64,000 bases of DNA from Camelus ferus (lineage: Eukaryota). The notes beneath the pieces are model-generated. The model was not told where the DNA came from. It ran no database searches and saw nothing but the letters and a program-made list of their open reading frames with translations. A program made the position numbers and the translations under genes. Within the stretch, counting starts at the first letter, position 1. Each line of letters starts with the position of its first letter. Location of the stretch: assembly GCF_009834535.1 (NCBI RefSeq), contig NC_045696.1, positions 10,790,001 through 10,854,000 of the forward strand, in the 5' to 3' direction. Of this stretch, positions 1 to 12,269 are shown piece after piece.

Positions 1-1636
1 CCCAACAGCCACGGTCACGAGTTTCCTGCCTGCCTTGGGCTCCCCATCCTCGCCCTCATAGGAAGAAGCACCTCCGTGAGGCCTAAAGAAAGTCTACACC
101 CAGAGGAGGTGTCAGCTGCCAACTTGACAAAAGATAAGAGCCAAGGTCATGGCCTCCTAATGGTGAACCAGCCTATTAGTTTAGCGATATGTGTCTCCAA
201 TGTCAGCGTCATGCCCGGTGGAGATTAGATTTTTTATTATTCAGGAAGCCCCTTACTTGAAAATGAGAGAAACCTCTAGCAACTGCTGGAAATCCTTCTT
301 TCAAAATAATAACAAGTAGAATCTTCACCTAAGAAACTTGGCTCCAGGCTCTTTTACATTCTGCTGTGCCCTTATGCTGGCTGAGGAGGAGGCGAGTGAT
401 TCGAATCTGTGGGCTTTAAAAAAAAAAAAAAAAAGATGCCAATCAAATGTAAATGATGATCCCATTAAATAATGATTTTCATTCGAACTCAACAATACAA
501 AATCTCAGACTTTGTGATTAGCTCTGTGTCAAACTTTTGCTCTTTTAAAATTTCTTTTAGCAGTTAATTTGTGATATTCTGCGATCATTTTTGGTTTGGG
601 GGTTGAATTTTTTTTTTTTTTTAAGTACTGACCAAAAAAATCTTACTGCATTCAGTCTCCTGAGAATGTTGGGTCGAGTTTTTTGATCCCTGTGGCTCAT
701 TGATTTGCGGGCTGATGTAGTACGAGGGGTCCTTATTAGTGGCGTCTGTCCCTGCTGTAATGTTTTTGTTATTTTTCCTCATTTGTTCACTCTGACATCA
801 TGTCATTACAGAATGGTGCTGTTCAGGCCCTGCCTGGGCTGTTCGTTAGCGTGTGTTTAATGAGCAGCTTAATTGAGCTGTCTAGTAGGCCACCTGTCGC
901 CCTCCGGACTTATTAACATACTAATGGCCTGACATTGTATTCTCTGACAGGCAACAGGGCTTACTGATTTGATGTCTGGACATGAGGATTTTATGCAGGA
1001 ATGAGAGCAGGCATTGGGAAGGAGGTTTAAAAAACCGCAAATTAACTCTTTGGTATCTCTGTGTTTATGGCTCTCTTGTGGAAAAAAAAAAAGTTTAACC
1101 CATCGCAGGCCAGGAAAGCATCTTCTAGGTCTCTTTGCAAACCCGGTTGTGGTTCTCCAGGAGAAAATAGGTTCCGCCTAAGAAGAGCAGGCTTTGTTTC
1201 GATTACAGTATTATTGTTGGGAACTGCTTCAAAGGAGAAATCTTCTGCAGCCCCGGGGAAAGTTTTGTGACTAGACTTTTCTCTACTGTGGCTAAACAAA
1301 CCAGAAGCAGCCATGCTCTGTTCAAGGGATTTGAGTGTGGTCTGCAGTCTCTGCCTTTTGAATCTGGCTGAGGACAGGACTGGGAATGCTACGCTCGGAG
1401 GGATGGCCAGAGCTCTCCCATGCATGTTGGTGGGGAACACTGGTTTTATTTGTGCTTTTCTTCTGGGTTTGTGTGATTGGGTCTTTCCCCCTGGCTTCTC
1501 TTTGCAGAAGCCGGAGGAAGAACTTCTGTCCTGGGAAATTTCAGGGGACTGAGTCTGGAGTGTGGGTATGGCACTCCCGCAGAGGGGACTAGAGGTCGCT
1601 TTTCTGTCCCCTCTGCTTTTCTCACTAGCTGTCTCG

Positions 1637-3297
1637 GAAAACTATAAAACTTTGATGAAAGAAATTGAAAAGCACAGAGATAGAAAGATGTATTCTTGGA
1701 TTGGAAGAATCAATATTGTTAAAATGATCATACTATCCAAGGCAATCTACAGATTCAATACAATCCCTATTAAATTATCAATGGCATTTTTTACAGAACT
1801 AGAACAAAAAATTTTTTTTTCCATTTGTATGGAAACACAAAAGAACCTGAATGGCCAAAACAATCTTGGAAGGAAAAATGAACCTGACTTCAGACTATAC
1901 TATAAAACCATAGTAATCAAAACAGCATGGTATTGGCACAAAAACAGACACATAGATCAATGGAACAGAACAGAAGGTCCAGAAATAAACAAAACCACAC
2001 ACTTACAGTCAATTAGTCTACAACAAAAGAAGCAAGAATATATAATGGAGAAAAGACAATCTCTTCAATAAGTGGTTCTGGGAGAACCGGACAGCTACAT
2101 ATGAGAGAATGAAATTAGAGCATTTCCTAACACCATATACAGAAATAAATAAAAAATGGATTAAAGAACTAAATGTAAGACTACATACAGTAAAACTCCT
2201 AGAGGAAAATATAGGCAGAAAACTCTTTGACATACATCACTGCAACATTTTTTTGGATCTGTCTCCTATGGTAATGGAAACAAAAACAAAAATAAACAAA
2301 TGGGGCCTAATTAAACTTAAAAGTTTTTACACAGCAGAGGAAACCATAAACAAAATGAAAAGACAGTCTACAGAATGGGAGAAAATATTTGCAAAAGATG
2401 CAAGTGACAAAAGCTTAATTTCTAAAATATACAAACAGCTTATACAGCTCAATATAAAAAAATGTTTTTAAGTGGGCAGAAGAACTAAACAGACATTTTT
2501 CCAAAGAAGACATACAGATAACCAATAGGTACATGAAAAGATGCTCAACATCACTAATTATTAGAGAAATACAAGTCAGAACTACAATGAGGTATCACCT
2601 CATACCAGCCAGAATGGCCATTATTAAAAAGTCTACAAATGATAAATGCTGGAGAGGGTGGGGAGAAAAGAGAACCCTTCTACACTGTTGGTGGGAATGT
2701 AAATTGGTGTAGCCACTATGGAGAACAGTATGGAAGTTTCTTAAAAATCTAAAGATAGAACTACTATATGATCCAGCAATCTCACTCCTGGGCATATATC
2801 CAGAAAAGAAGAAAAGTAATTCAAAAAGATGCATGCACCCCAATGTTCACAGCAGCACTATTTACAATAGCCAAGTCATGGAAGCAACCTAAGTGTCTAT
2901 GGACAGATGAATGGATAAAGAAGATGTGAGATATACATATATGGAATACTACTCAGGCATAAAAAGAACGAAATAATACCATTTGCAGTGACATGGATGG
3001 GCCTAGAGATTATCATATTAAGTGAAGTAAGTCAGACAGAGAAAGACAAATATCACTTATATGTGGAATCTTTAAAAAATGATATAAATGAACTTATTTA
3101 CAAACCAGAAGTAGACTTACAGACATAGAAAACAAACTACAGTTACCAAAGGGGAAAGGATAAATTAGGAGTTTGGGATTAACAGATATACACTACTGTA
3201 CATAAAATAGATAAACAGGAAGGACCTACTGTATAGCACAGGGAATTATATTCAATTCCTGGTGATAACCTATAATGGAAAAGAATCTGAAAAAGAT
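1637..3297 (+). mobile_element. 5'-truncated LINE-1 (ORF2 C-terminal part + 3'UTR), frameshifted; terminal tail missing in situ
   Basis: ORFs 1562..2071 and 2109..2471 give L1 ORF2 peptides ([57 protein letters not shown]); an L1 3'UTR follows up to GGAAAAGAATCTGAAAAAG, then a TA/GATA tract. Confidence 0.95.
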
Positions 3298-3400
3298 ACA
3301 TATGTCTATCTATATATCTATATATATAGGTAGATAACTATAGATATGTAGATGGATGTCTATCTATTTAGATAAATAGATAGACAGATAGATACATATG
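3298..3400. repeat. Degenerate (TA)n/(GATA)n tract
   Basis: Directly visible. Confidence 0.8.
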
Positions 3401-3419
3401 CAACTATTCAAACTAAGCA

Positions 3420-3675
3420 GTAATAACCACCATAATAATAACAGACATGTATTGAGGGCTGACTATGTGCCAGAATCTGCGGGAAATGCTTTTATGTAGA
3501 TTATCTTATTTAATCCTCATAAGAACCTTAGGAAGTTATACTACTGATGTATTTCACAAAAGAGGTGCAAAGCATTCAACAATTTGGCCCATGTTTCCAA
3601 AATGAGTGAGTAGCAGATCTGGGATTTGAACTCAGGCAGTCTGACTCAGCCCACACTTTTGACTGCTAAGCATTC
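3420..3675 (-). mobile_element. MIR SINE (left arm of inverted duplication)
   Basis: Reverse complement of the MIR core GAGTCAGACTGCCTGAGTTCAAATCCC...GGCACATAGTCAGCCCTCAATA. Confidence 0.85.
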
Positions 3676-4371
3676 TGACTCCCTAATACAGCTCTTTGTA
3701 AGTCCATACAACAACCAGGAACTACTTCTCTGTAGGGAGATTTTTGATAAGACATTACAGAATGATAATGAGACATGTATACCTCAGGAGCATTAAATTG
3801 CATCAAAATTCATGCTTTGAGCCTTCCATTAGCACCAACACAGAGTAATGATAGATTTTAAAAACTGTCATGCTCAAAAAAAAAAAAAAATTCCATTGGC
3901 CAGAAACCCCAAAGTGAAAGCAGGGCTGAAGCTACCAGCCTACTGGCCTGTGGGTCTGGAAGCAGTTAGAGGAAGCAGAGAGCTTGTTTCCTACACAGTG
4001 GTTGAAACTACAAGTGGCTCATGCAGCGCAGGGAACATAGCCAGGGATGGGTGCAGCTCCCTCTTTATAAAGAGGATAAAAATGCTTCTATCAACCCCCG
4101 CCTCAACTTAAGACACATACCTATTAAGATGAGGAAAAGCAAGTAACAGCTTTGCAGCCAAGAAAGATCTGGCCAACTTGCCAAATGGCTCAGTGACTGG
4201 GACTGCAGTATTCCCAGTTAGCTCCTTAGCGTGGACACTCTGAAACCCACAACGAGATGTGCTTCTGAAATGCAGACTCTAAGGCAGCAGAGAGAAACAA
4301 CCCCAGAGGGGGGGTGGCGAGTACAGGGCTGCGCAGCTGCAACAAAATCAACAAAACAAAAGCAAACTGAC

Positions 4372-4441
4372 TTTTTTTTTTTAAGTAGTTGTCATTAGAG
4401 TTGATTTACAATGTTTCAAGTGTACAGCAAAGTGATTCAGT

Positions 4442-4472
<31 letters not shown>
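4372..4472 (-). mobile_element. Terminal L1 3' tail (polyA + end motif) with (GT)n
   Basis: T-run then GTTGATTTACAATGTTTCAAGTGTACAGCAAAGTGATTCAGTTAT, the reverse complement of an L1 3' end; (GT)n at about 4444-4472. Confidence 0.85.
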
Positions 4473-4475
<3 letters not shown>

Positions 4476-4519
4476 AAATCTTGGCTTTACATTTACAAAA
4501 AGCTGTATTAGGGAGTCAG

Positions 4520-4775
4520 AATGCTTACTAGTCAAAACGGTGGGCTGAGTCAGACTGCCTGGGTTCAAATCCCAGATCTGCTACTTCACTCATTTTGGAA
4601 ACATGGGCCAAGTTGTTGAATGCTTTGAGCCTCTTCTGCGAAACTCATCAGTAGTACACCTTCCTAAGGTTCTTATGAGGATTAAATAAGATGATCTGTG
4701 TAAAAGCACTTCCCACAGATTCTGGCACATAGTCAGCCCTCAATAAATGTTTGCTGTTTTTGTGGTGGTTATTAC
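4520..4775 (+). mobile_element. MIR SINE (right arm of inverted duplication)
   Basis: GAGTCAGACTGCCTGGGTTCAAATCCC...GAGGATTAAAT...GGCACATAGTCAGCCCTCAATAAATG. Confidence 0.9.
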
Positions 4776-5369
4776 TGCTAGATTTGAAACAATATCCAAC
4801 TTTAGAGAATTATTATTATTTGAAAGGCTTCAGTGTCCTGAAAGGTGGAAGAGCTAAATGCAGAGAAATGATTGAATCACTGAGCTTCTCAAGGCCCTTC
4901 CTGTCTACTACCTGTAGTCCCACAACACATCTGTGCTTTGTTTTCCCATTTTATGGATAAGAACATTGAACCTCGGGATCACTGCACGCTCTTAGTGACT
5001 GCCCATAGGCACGTCAGTGAAAAGTCACACTCACTGGACACTCTGGGACACCAGCAGTGCCATCATTTCTTAAAAAGAGATTGAGAAGCAGCCCTAAGAA
5101 AACTCTGGTTTCTTCATGGAAATCAGCACCTTCCATCTCCCAGATGCTGCCGGTCTGTCAATGCAGCTACACTGCTGGTGGTCTCGGGCACCTGACGTTC
5201 CCAGCAATGCATGCCCCAACAGCTCGTGCTGGACAACCGAGAGGGCTTCTGTTTCCCCCTCCAAATCCACTCCCCAGTCACCTCCTCTCTGCTCTGCGCC
5301 CTGGATCTGGAGGAGTTGCAGCCACGGGCTCCCCTGCCCTCTGGCTCCTGAATGTGTTTGGCCAATGAG

Positions 5370-6760
5370 CAGGGTGACCAGCTTTTTAGAATGTCAACCT
5401 GGGACACGGCCAGTTTAAGACCGAAAAGTAACAGTAACCACCTATAGCAATGTAATACACAGTAGATACTCAGATACAAGCCTGCTATTCCTTTAACATG
5501 AAAATATGAAAAATAGGTTTTTATCTGAAATGATTTATTATTCTATGTTACTTACTTTTTTGTTACAGAAATGCTATTATTTAAACAAAACATTAAGACT
5601 AGTTACCAATGGCAGTTAGAACAGTTGTCCATCGGTATATACAGGGGACCCCACCCTCCATACCAAAATCCACCGATGTTCAAGTCCCTGATATAAAATA
5701 CTGTAGTATTTTAATATAACTTACACCAGTCCTCCTATGTACTTTAAATCATCTCTAGATTACTTCTTACATCTAACACAGCGCAGATGCTATGTAAATA
5801 GTTGCTTGAGTGCAGCAAATTCAGGTTTTGCTTTTTTAAACTTTCTGGAATTAAAAAAAAGCTTTCAATCCACAGTTGGTTGAATCCACAAACAGAACCC
5901 ACAGAAATGGAGGGCTGATTGTAGTTAGTAGCAGCACTAATTAAACAAATAATATATGTGAAAAATTATATCTTGATCATATTTATTTCTGTTCTCAATG
6001 TATTTCAACTCTTCATTGGATATTTAAATCTTGTAGGCTAGATTACGATCAAGATACGGTACCTCTTCAAAGATCAGCACAGTCAGATAAAGAGCAGGTG
6101 ATTCTGTTTTCCTGCAATCCTTTTCTCCATCCTCATCCTCAGTGTTCTCTCCAAACCCCAGAAGGACACTCTTCTTTTTCCAAACTTTGAAAATAAGATT
6201 TTGTAACAGGTCAACATCTCTTCTACACCAGCGATAATGAGGGCAATCACTGAGGCACGTGGCAAAGCTCTCTCCTTCCGTTTCTATAAAGTCAAAAGTC
6301 TCTTTAGGTGCTTCTGCCTGTTTTGAGAAAACTACAAGGTGACCCAAAACTTTCATTATGAAAGCAGCAATATCCCAAATAAGCAAATTACACTCCCTGA
6401 GTACAGGACCACTAGCAGGTAAGATCTTTTTATTTCCTCTGATAAGAAATTTATAGTCTGAACAGAATTTGTGAGAATTTACATTTGCGCTGTCAGCCAA
6501 ATATGTGGGTAGATGAACAAAGTCTAGGGTTTATTTAGACAAGGTGTCAACAGTCTTTTGCTTTACATTTTCTTCAGTTACATTGAACTCTTCATAGAAA
6601 TCAAGATGATTTGAAACTATTTTTCAAATAAAATTACCTCAGAGCTAGGGAGAACATCTTTTTGTTGCTATGCATCATTTGATACACTGTAGAAAGCATG
6701 ATCATTTGTAATCAGCCATAAAAATAAGCTTTACCCTGTAAGGGACTGACACCTCCTTTA
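5370..6760 (-). mobile_element. hAT-Blackjack (BLACKJACK-like) DNA transposon fossil with transposase remnant
   Basis: Blackjack-type end CAGGGTGACCA at 5370; minus-strand translation gives SVSNDA, LDFYEEF, YLADSANVN, DIAAFIMKVLGH, KETFDFIE and, in another frame, KSYFQSLEKEECPS, colinear with hAT DDE transposases; stops and frameshifts present. Confidence 0.75.
5622..5921 (+). mobile_element. MER2 (TcMar-Tigger non-autonomous), nested in the hAT fossil
   Basis: CAGTTGTCC...CCAAAATCCACCGATGTTCAAGTCCCTGATATAAAAT...TTTAAATCATCTCTAGATTAC...GGAGGGCTGATTG followed by TA. Confidence 0.85.
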
Positions 6761-7134
6761 TCAAAATTTCCCTCTTTTGTCCGCCTACACTCTAGGACAA
6801 AGGAAGTGTGGCCATGAGCTAATGTCCAAAGGTCACATCACCCAGAAGCTGCTGGCTTAATAGAAGAGTGTAGCTGGCCAGCTGAAGGCTCATGTGCAGT
6901 GCCAGCTGAGAGGTGACAGGCCGGAGATCAGAGTGCTGTCACATCTGTCCCACATGCCTTTACAGAGAGCTAATATGTGGGCCATCTTCCTCTGGGCCAG
7001 AATGCAGGGGCCTGGGAAGCAAGGGGCTGCTGAGAGAGCGTCCCCCTCATTGCTGCACTGTGTCACCCCCTGAAGGAGGCTTGCTTCTCTCCCTAGCATC
7101 TTGGACTTGGAGGGTTTGGAGCTGTCATTAGTGC

Positions 7135-7395
7135 CTGTTGCAGTCAGTTTGATGTGTCACCTTGGCTAGACTTAGCCCCCAGTTATTTTATCAAACACGA
7201 GTCTAAGCGTTGCTGGAAGGTATTCTGTAGATGTGATTAACAGCTAAAGCAGTTTGCTTTGAGTAAAGGAGAGACTATCCTTGATGAACTGGGTGGGCCT
7301 GAACTAGTCAGTTGAAAGGCTTTAAGAGCAGAACTGAGGTTTCCCTGCAGAGGCAGATGCAAGGAAACCCTGCAGTTTCTTCTTGAAACATCCTC
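7135..7395 (+). mobile_element. MLT2-type LTR (ERV-L), 5' part
   Basis: TGATGTGTCACCTTGGCTAG...GGTATTCTGTAGATGTGATTAACA...GGGTGGGCCT...GTTGAAAGGCTTTAAGAGCAGAACTGAGGTTTCCC. Confidence 0.8.
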
Positions 7396-7454
7396 TGTGA
7401 ACCGCAGCATGACACCATGTTTGGGGGAAAATGACTTGCCCAAGAAGACGAGTC

Positions 7455-7690
7455 ATGGCTTATGGCTGTTTTGGGGGGAACTTCATGCTGCCCTACCAGC
7501 AGGCAGAGGAGGGGACTACTGTGTTGTCTAGGGAGATTGACCCCAATAACCAAGGGGCAAATTACATAATAGGGGAATGGAGTTCTGTGCTTGGACTCAG
7601 GAGATTCACTGGGCTACCTCTTAGTGCCTCCTTGTCCAACAGGCCTGCACAATGGAAAAACAGTGGCCAAGGACTAGATCCTTCCAAACA
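7455..7690 (+). mobile_element. ERV-L internal fragment (dUTPase-like region)
   Basis: ORF 7431..7712 peptide FMLPYQQAEEGTTVLSREIDPNNQG resembles the ERV-L dUTPase motif LMPLNQQAKKGVTVLAGVIDPDYQG (recalled). Confidence 0.6.
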
Positions 7691-7739
7691 TCTTCTATCT
7701 TATAAGCTGTAAGCTGCTTGCATGTTTCGATCAGTTCTT

Positions 7740-8580
7740 TTTTCCCCCATATTGTTTGCTTTGAAATAATTCCAAATTTACAGAAAAGTTGAAAGCATAG
7801 TACAAAAACTCCCATAGACTGACAAATTCTAAACATTTTGCCAGCATTTCCTTTGTCATTCATTCTTCCTGCCCCCCTCACCTGCCACCTGAGATTCACC
7901 TTTCCCACTTTTTTTCCCTAAACTACTTGAGAGAGTTGCAGACATCGACCCCTTTACCCACAAACACTCGTGTGTGTTGCTAAGAACATGGAGATTAACT
8001 GACATAAACATGGTAACTATCAAATTTGGAAAATTTAACATTGACATAAAACTATAATCTAATATACAGCCCAAATTCAAATTTTGCTAATCATCCTAAA
8101 AATGTTCTTAATGGCAAATGTCCCCCTGATCCAGCCTCCAATCATGATTGTATGTGGCATTTAGTTGCCATATTTCTTTAGTGTCTGTTAATTGGGACAA
8201 GTTCCAAGAGCCTTCCTGTGGCTTTCAAGACATTGATATTTTTGAAGAGTGCAGGTCAGTTGCTTCAAAGAATATTCCATGATTTGGGTTTGAGCTGAGA
8301 AGGGTCAGTTTCTGCATTTCTGGCAGGAGCACTACATAAGTGATGTGTGTCCCCGATATATCATGTCAGGGGACACATGATGTCAGCTTCTCTTGTTACT
8401 GGTGATGTCAACTTAGGTCACCTGGGTAAGGTGGTGTCTGCCATGTTTCTCTTCTCTGTAATTATTTTGATTCCCATTGTAATTAATAAGCAATCTGTGG
8501 GGAAATACTTTCAGACTATTTAATACCTTGTTTCTTTTCAAACTTTTATCCGATAATTTTAGCATCCCTTGAAATTCTTG
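7740..8580 (-). mobile_element. Old L1 3' end (L1MC-like)
   Basis: TTTGAAATAATTCCAAATTTACAGAAAAGTTG...CATTTAGTTGCCAT...GGTAAGGTGGTGTCTGCCA, typical of an antisense L1MC 3'UTR. Confidence 0.75.
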
Positions 8581-9249
8581 TCTTAAGCCCCAAGTCTGTC
8601 ATCAATTCAATCCTGGGGGACTCATGCTCCCCAGTGAAGAGTTCTTGTGAATTAGGGCTGCCACTCACCCCTGGGGGACAGGGTCACTACTCCTTCTTAA
8701 CATTTGATTCAGGTTTGGATACAGGACCCATCCCTTAATCCTGCCTAGCAGGACTAAGTTTCTGGTAGGAGCAGAGTTGGTACGTTTAAGTTGATAAGTT
8801 TAAGCCAGTCTTTACTTGTGGGCATCACAGAAGAAATGTGAGGCGAAAATCTGATGAATTCATCAGAAGCCACTTTTTCTCCGTCACCTGGACGGCCTGC
8901 CCCAATCCAACAGCGTACAGAAGGTTTCTGAAGGGTGAGTTTGGAACTGAAAGAGAAGACTCACTGCCACACCTCCAGATTTAAAATGATGGCGTCTGTC
9001 AAAAAGATACAGCACATGTGGATTTACAGTGGGTGCCGCATGGCAAGAAAGATAGTCTCTCAAAGCAGTAATAGTTGGGCTTCAATGCAGCCATGCTGGC
9101 CAGTGTGCACCATCTGAATGGAGGCCAAGATAGCCCTCGACAGGTTGGGTGTGGCCAGGTGCTGCCCAAGCTGCTGCTGGTTGAGCAGCTTTACAGGAAG
9201 TGGGGGAACTGGGACTAAGGACAGTACAGCTCATGTCAAAAGGCAACCA

Positions 9250-9779
9250 CATGGAAACAGCCCACTTGTCCATCAACAGATGAAATGGAGAAATGGAATG
9301 TGGTATGTCCACACAATGGAATATTATCCAGACATTAAAAGGAACGAAGTCCTGATACACACTACAACATGGATGGAGCTTGAAAACATTACACCAAATG
9401 AAATAAGCCAGAAACAAAAGGACAAATACTGTATGATTGTATGATTTTGCTTATATGTGTCTAGAATAGGCAAGTTCACAGAGACAGAAGTAGATTAAAG
9501 TTTACCAGGGGCTAGAAGGAGGGGGAATGGGAGGTTATTGGTTAATAATGAAAAAATTTTGGAACCAGATAGTGGTGATGGCTGCACATTCTGAATGTAA
9601 TTAGTGTCACTGAATTGTACACTTTAATGCAGTTAAAATGGCAAATTTTCTGATATATACTATATACACATTTTTAAATTAATCATGTAATATATCAAAA
9701 CCATTGTATTGTACACTTAAAATGTGTGACTTGTGTAGCATGTGAATTATATCTCAGTAAAGCTGTTAAAAAAAAAAAA
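9250..9779 (+). mobile_element. L1MB-like 3' end with polyA
   Basis: ORF2 end (HTMEYY...TTWMELENI...EISQKQKDKYCMI), 3'UTR, A-tail. Confidence 0.85.
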
Positions 9780-10144
9780 CCACAAGCACAGCCCTTAAGT
9801 CTTATTCTCAAAAACATTATTGTTCATCATAGCCCACGTGGGTTCCTTGAAAGGCTGCTTTAAAGCACTTTCTGCTCACACTTTCATGTCCCTTGATTGA
9901 TCAAACAATTTGAAGTGAAACTCCTCAGCTTAAACACATCATCTCATTTCACAGAAGAGTAAGAGTAGATATGTGATAAGTCAGGTGCCAGCTAGTCTGC
10001 TCAGCATGAAGCCACAGAAGCCTTTCCTGGCCCTGAGAAGGCTTTGCCTGCAAATTAACTGGTGATGAGAGAAAAATAGGGACATTTCTCCCTTTAAGTT
10101 TTTGAAAGTTTAAATAAATGTGTTTTCATTATTTAAAATATAGA

Positions 10145-10901
10145 AATAACCACAATGAGATGCAACCTTATACTCTTTAGGATAGCTACTATCAAAAAAC
10201 AGAAAATGATGACTATTGGCAAGAATGTGGAGAAGTTGGAAGCCTTGTGCATTGCTAGTAGGAAAGTAAAATGGTGCAGCTGCTGTGGAAAACAGTATGG
10301 TGATTCCTCAAAAAATTAAGCCTAGAATCACCATATGATCCAGCAATTGCATTTCTAGGCGTGTACCCCAAAGAATTGAAAGCAGAGACTTGAACAGATA
10401 TTTCTGCCCCAGTGTTCACAGCAGCATTATTCACAATAGATAGAAGCAGCCCAAATGGCTATCAATGGATGAATGGATAAACAAAGCATGGTATATACAC
10501 ACTGCATATTGCATAGATGGTATACTACACAGCCTTGAAAAGGAGGAAATTCTGATGCATGCTACAACATGGATGATCCTTGAAAACATTACTTTAAATG
10601 AAATGTCAGGGACAAAAGGACAAATGCTGTACGATTCCACTTATATTAGGTACCTCGAATAGTCAAATTCATAGAGACAGAAACTAGGATAGAGGTTAAC
10701 AGAGTCTGGAAGGAGGTGGGAATGAAGAATTCATGTTTAATGGGTACAGAGCTTCAGTTTAAGAAGATTAAAAAGTTCTAGAGATGGATGGTGGTGATAC
10801 TTGCACAACAATATGAATGTACATAATGTCACTGAACTGTGCACTTAAAAATGGTTAAAATGGCAAATTTTTGTTATGCATAGTTTCCACAATTAAAAAA
10901 A
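10145..10901 (+). mobile_element. L1MB-like 3' end
   Basis: CCATATGATCCAGCAATT, ATGGATGAATGGATAAAC, ACTTAAAAATGGTTAAAATGG. Confidence 0.9.
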
Positions 10902-11089
10902 TGTAGAAATAAGATAAGCCAAAAATTAAAGATCAACAAAATTTCTCTGTCCAAAGACAGTTGCTAATAGCAGCAGTCAGAATCATTGCAAAGTAATTCT
11001 AGGAATAAGTGTTGAATTGAGCCATGGCCGATAAGAATTGAGTTTCAAAGGGAGAGGTATCAAATTTGTACCTTAGGCATTGTTTTGAT

Positions 11090-11480
11090 TTACCCTTTTA
11101 TTCACTTGTTAACAACAGTGATTTTAGTTAGAAAAATAGATAGGAGAGATGGGTTGTCCAGCAGTATAAAGATAAGTAAGTTATGGCTCTTGCCCTCAGG
11201 GAGCTTACAGTCTAATGGAAAATATGAGACCTTGACAAGTAACTTGACCACAAGGGGAAGAATAAAGATCTTCATATATGAGAGAGGTAGAAAGTCTAAT
11301 GAAAGGGAGCTCCCTGATACTATGGCATCATGAGAAGCATCATGGAGGAGGCAATATTTGAAATGGTCCTTGAAAAATGAGAAGGGGAAGGATTCTCAGG
11401 TGGAAGTCATGTCTTGAGCAAAAGCTAGGATTTAGGAAATTGAAAGCTGTGGAGTTTGACCAGAGGGCACAGTAAGTGAA
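11090..11480 (-). mobile_element. L2 fragment
   Basis: TGCCCTCAGGGAGCTTACAGTCTAATGG and the downstream purine-rich L2 antisense pattern. Confidence 0.5.
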
Positions 11481-12269
11481 TAAGAATAATAAAGGATTAA
11501 ACTAGAGAGAAGACCATGAATTTAACAGCATCCTGGGAGAGCTGACCTGTGCTTTAGTAAGTTTAATCTGATTTCCAAGGGTGTGTACACATAGGTCTGA
11601 GGAGGGTAGATTTTAAAATATAGTCTTATTAATATTCTCTAAGGATGGCTATTTTGTTGAAGAATTATTTATTTTCTGAAAATTAGTTTAAAACCTGTAT
11701 TTTATTTCTAAGACCAGTTCAGTTCTCAGTTCAGAATATCTGCCTGAGTAGTGCACCACTACCACCTGTTGGCAGCACCTCTAATTGCAGGCAAAATAAA
11801 ATTGTGTGGTGGGGTGGGGAGTGGTTTGTGAGTGTGGGAGGGTGTGGGAAAGGTGAGGAGAAATATTCCAATAGTGAATTTACAAACCAAAACATACAAC
11901 AACAGATTAGCACGCGGGATTCAGGGCATTTTATTTTGACAAGAGAAATTAATTGCAGTATTATCACAACTGACTCTAAGTGGAAACACATCTTGAGCAC
12001 AAGGTATTAATCCTCAATTACAGAAAATGCACCTTAACTTTGTGACGAGCAAGAGAGAAAATGTACAGTTCCTCTTATAATGAACCACATAGATTTTTCT
12101 GGGCCAACTTCACTCCAAATTATACCTTCAAATAATATAAATGAAAATTGACAAGAGAGAATTTCTGTCCATGTGCTGGATATCACCCATTGGAAATTGG
12201 CATCCTTTCCGTTGGTTATAAGAGGTTTCTGGCTGTCTTAAAATCCGTATTTTGATTTTTTCACATTAG

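Noticed and set aside
1562..2471. Longest ORFs as a functional gene
   Set aside because: Frameshifted, 5'-truncated L1 ORF2 fragments.
6024..6500. Endogenous non-retroviral virus or novel protein
   Set aside because: Motif order and the flanking CAGGGTGACCA end fit a decayed hAT transposase better.
8850..8867. Perfect 18 bp palindrome TCTGATGAATTCATCAGA
   Set aside because: Expected about 0.24 times by chance in 64 kb (64000/4^9), so not significant.
8585..9240. Possible ERV internal or pseudogene sequence
   Set aside because: The frames I translated by hand gave no convincing motif; left unassigned.
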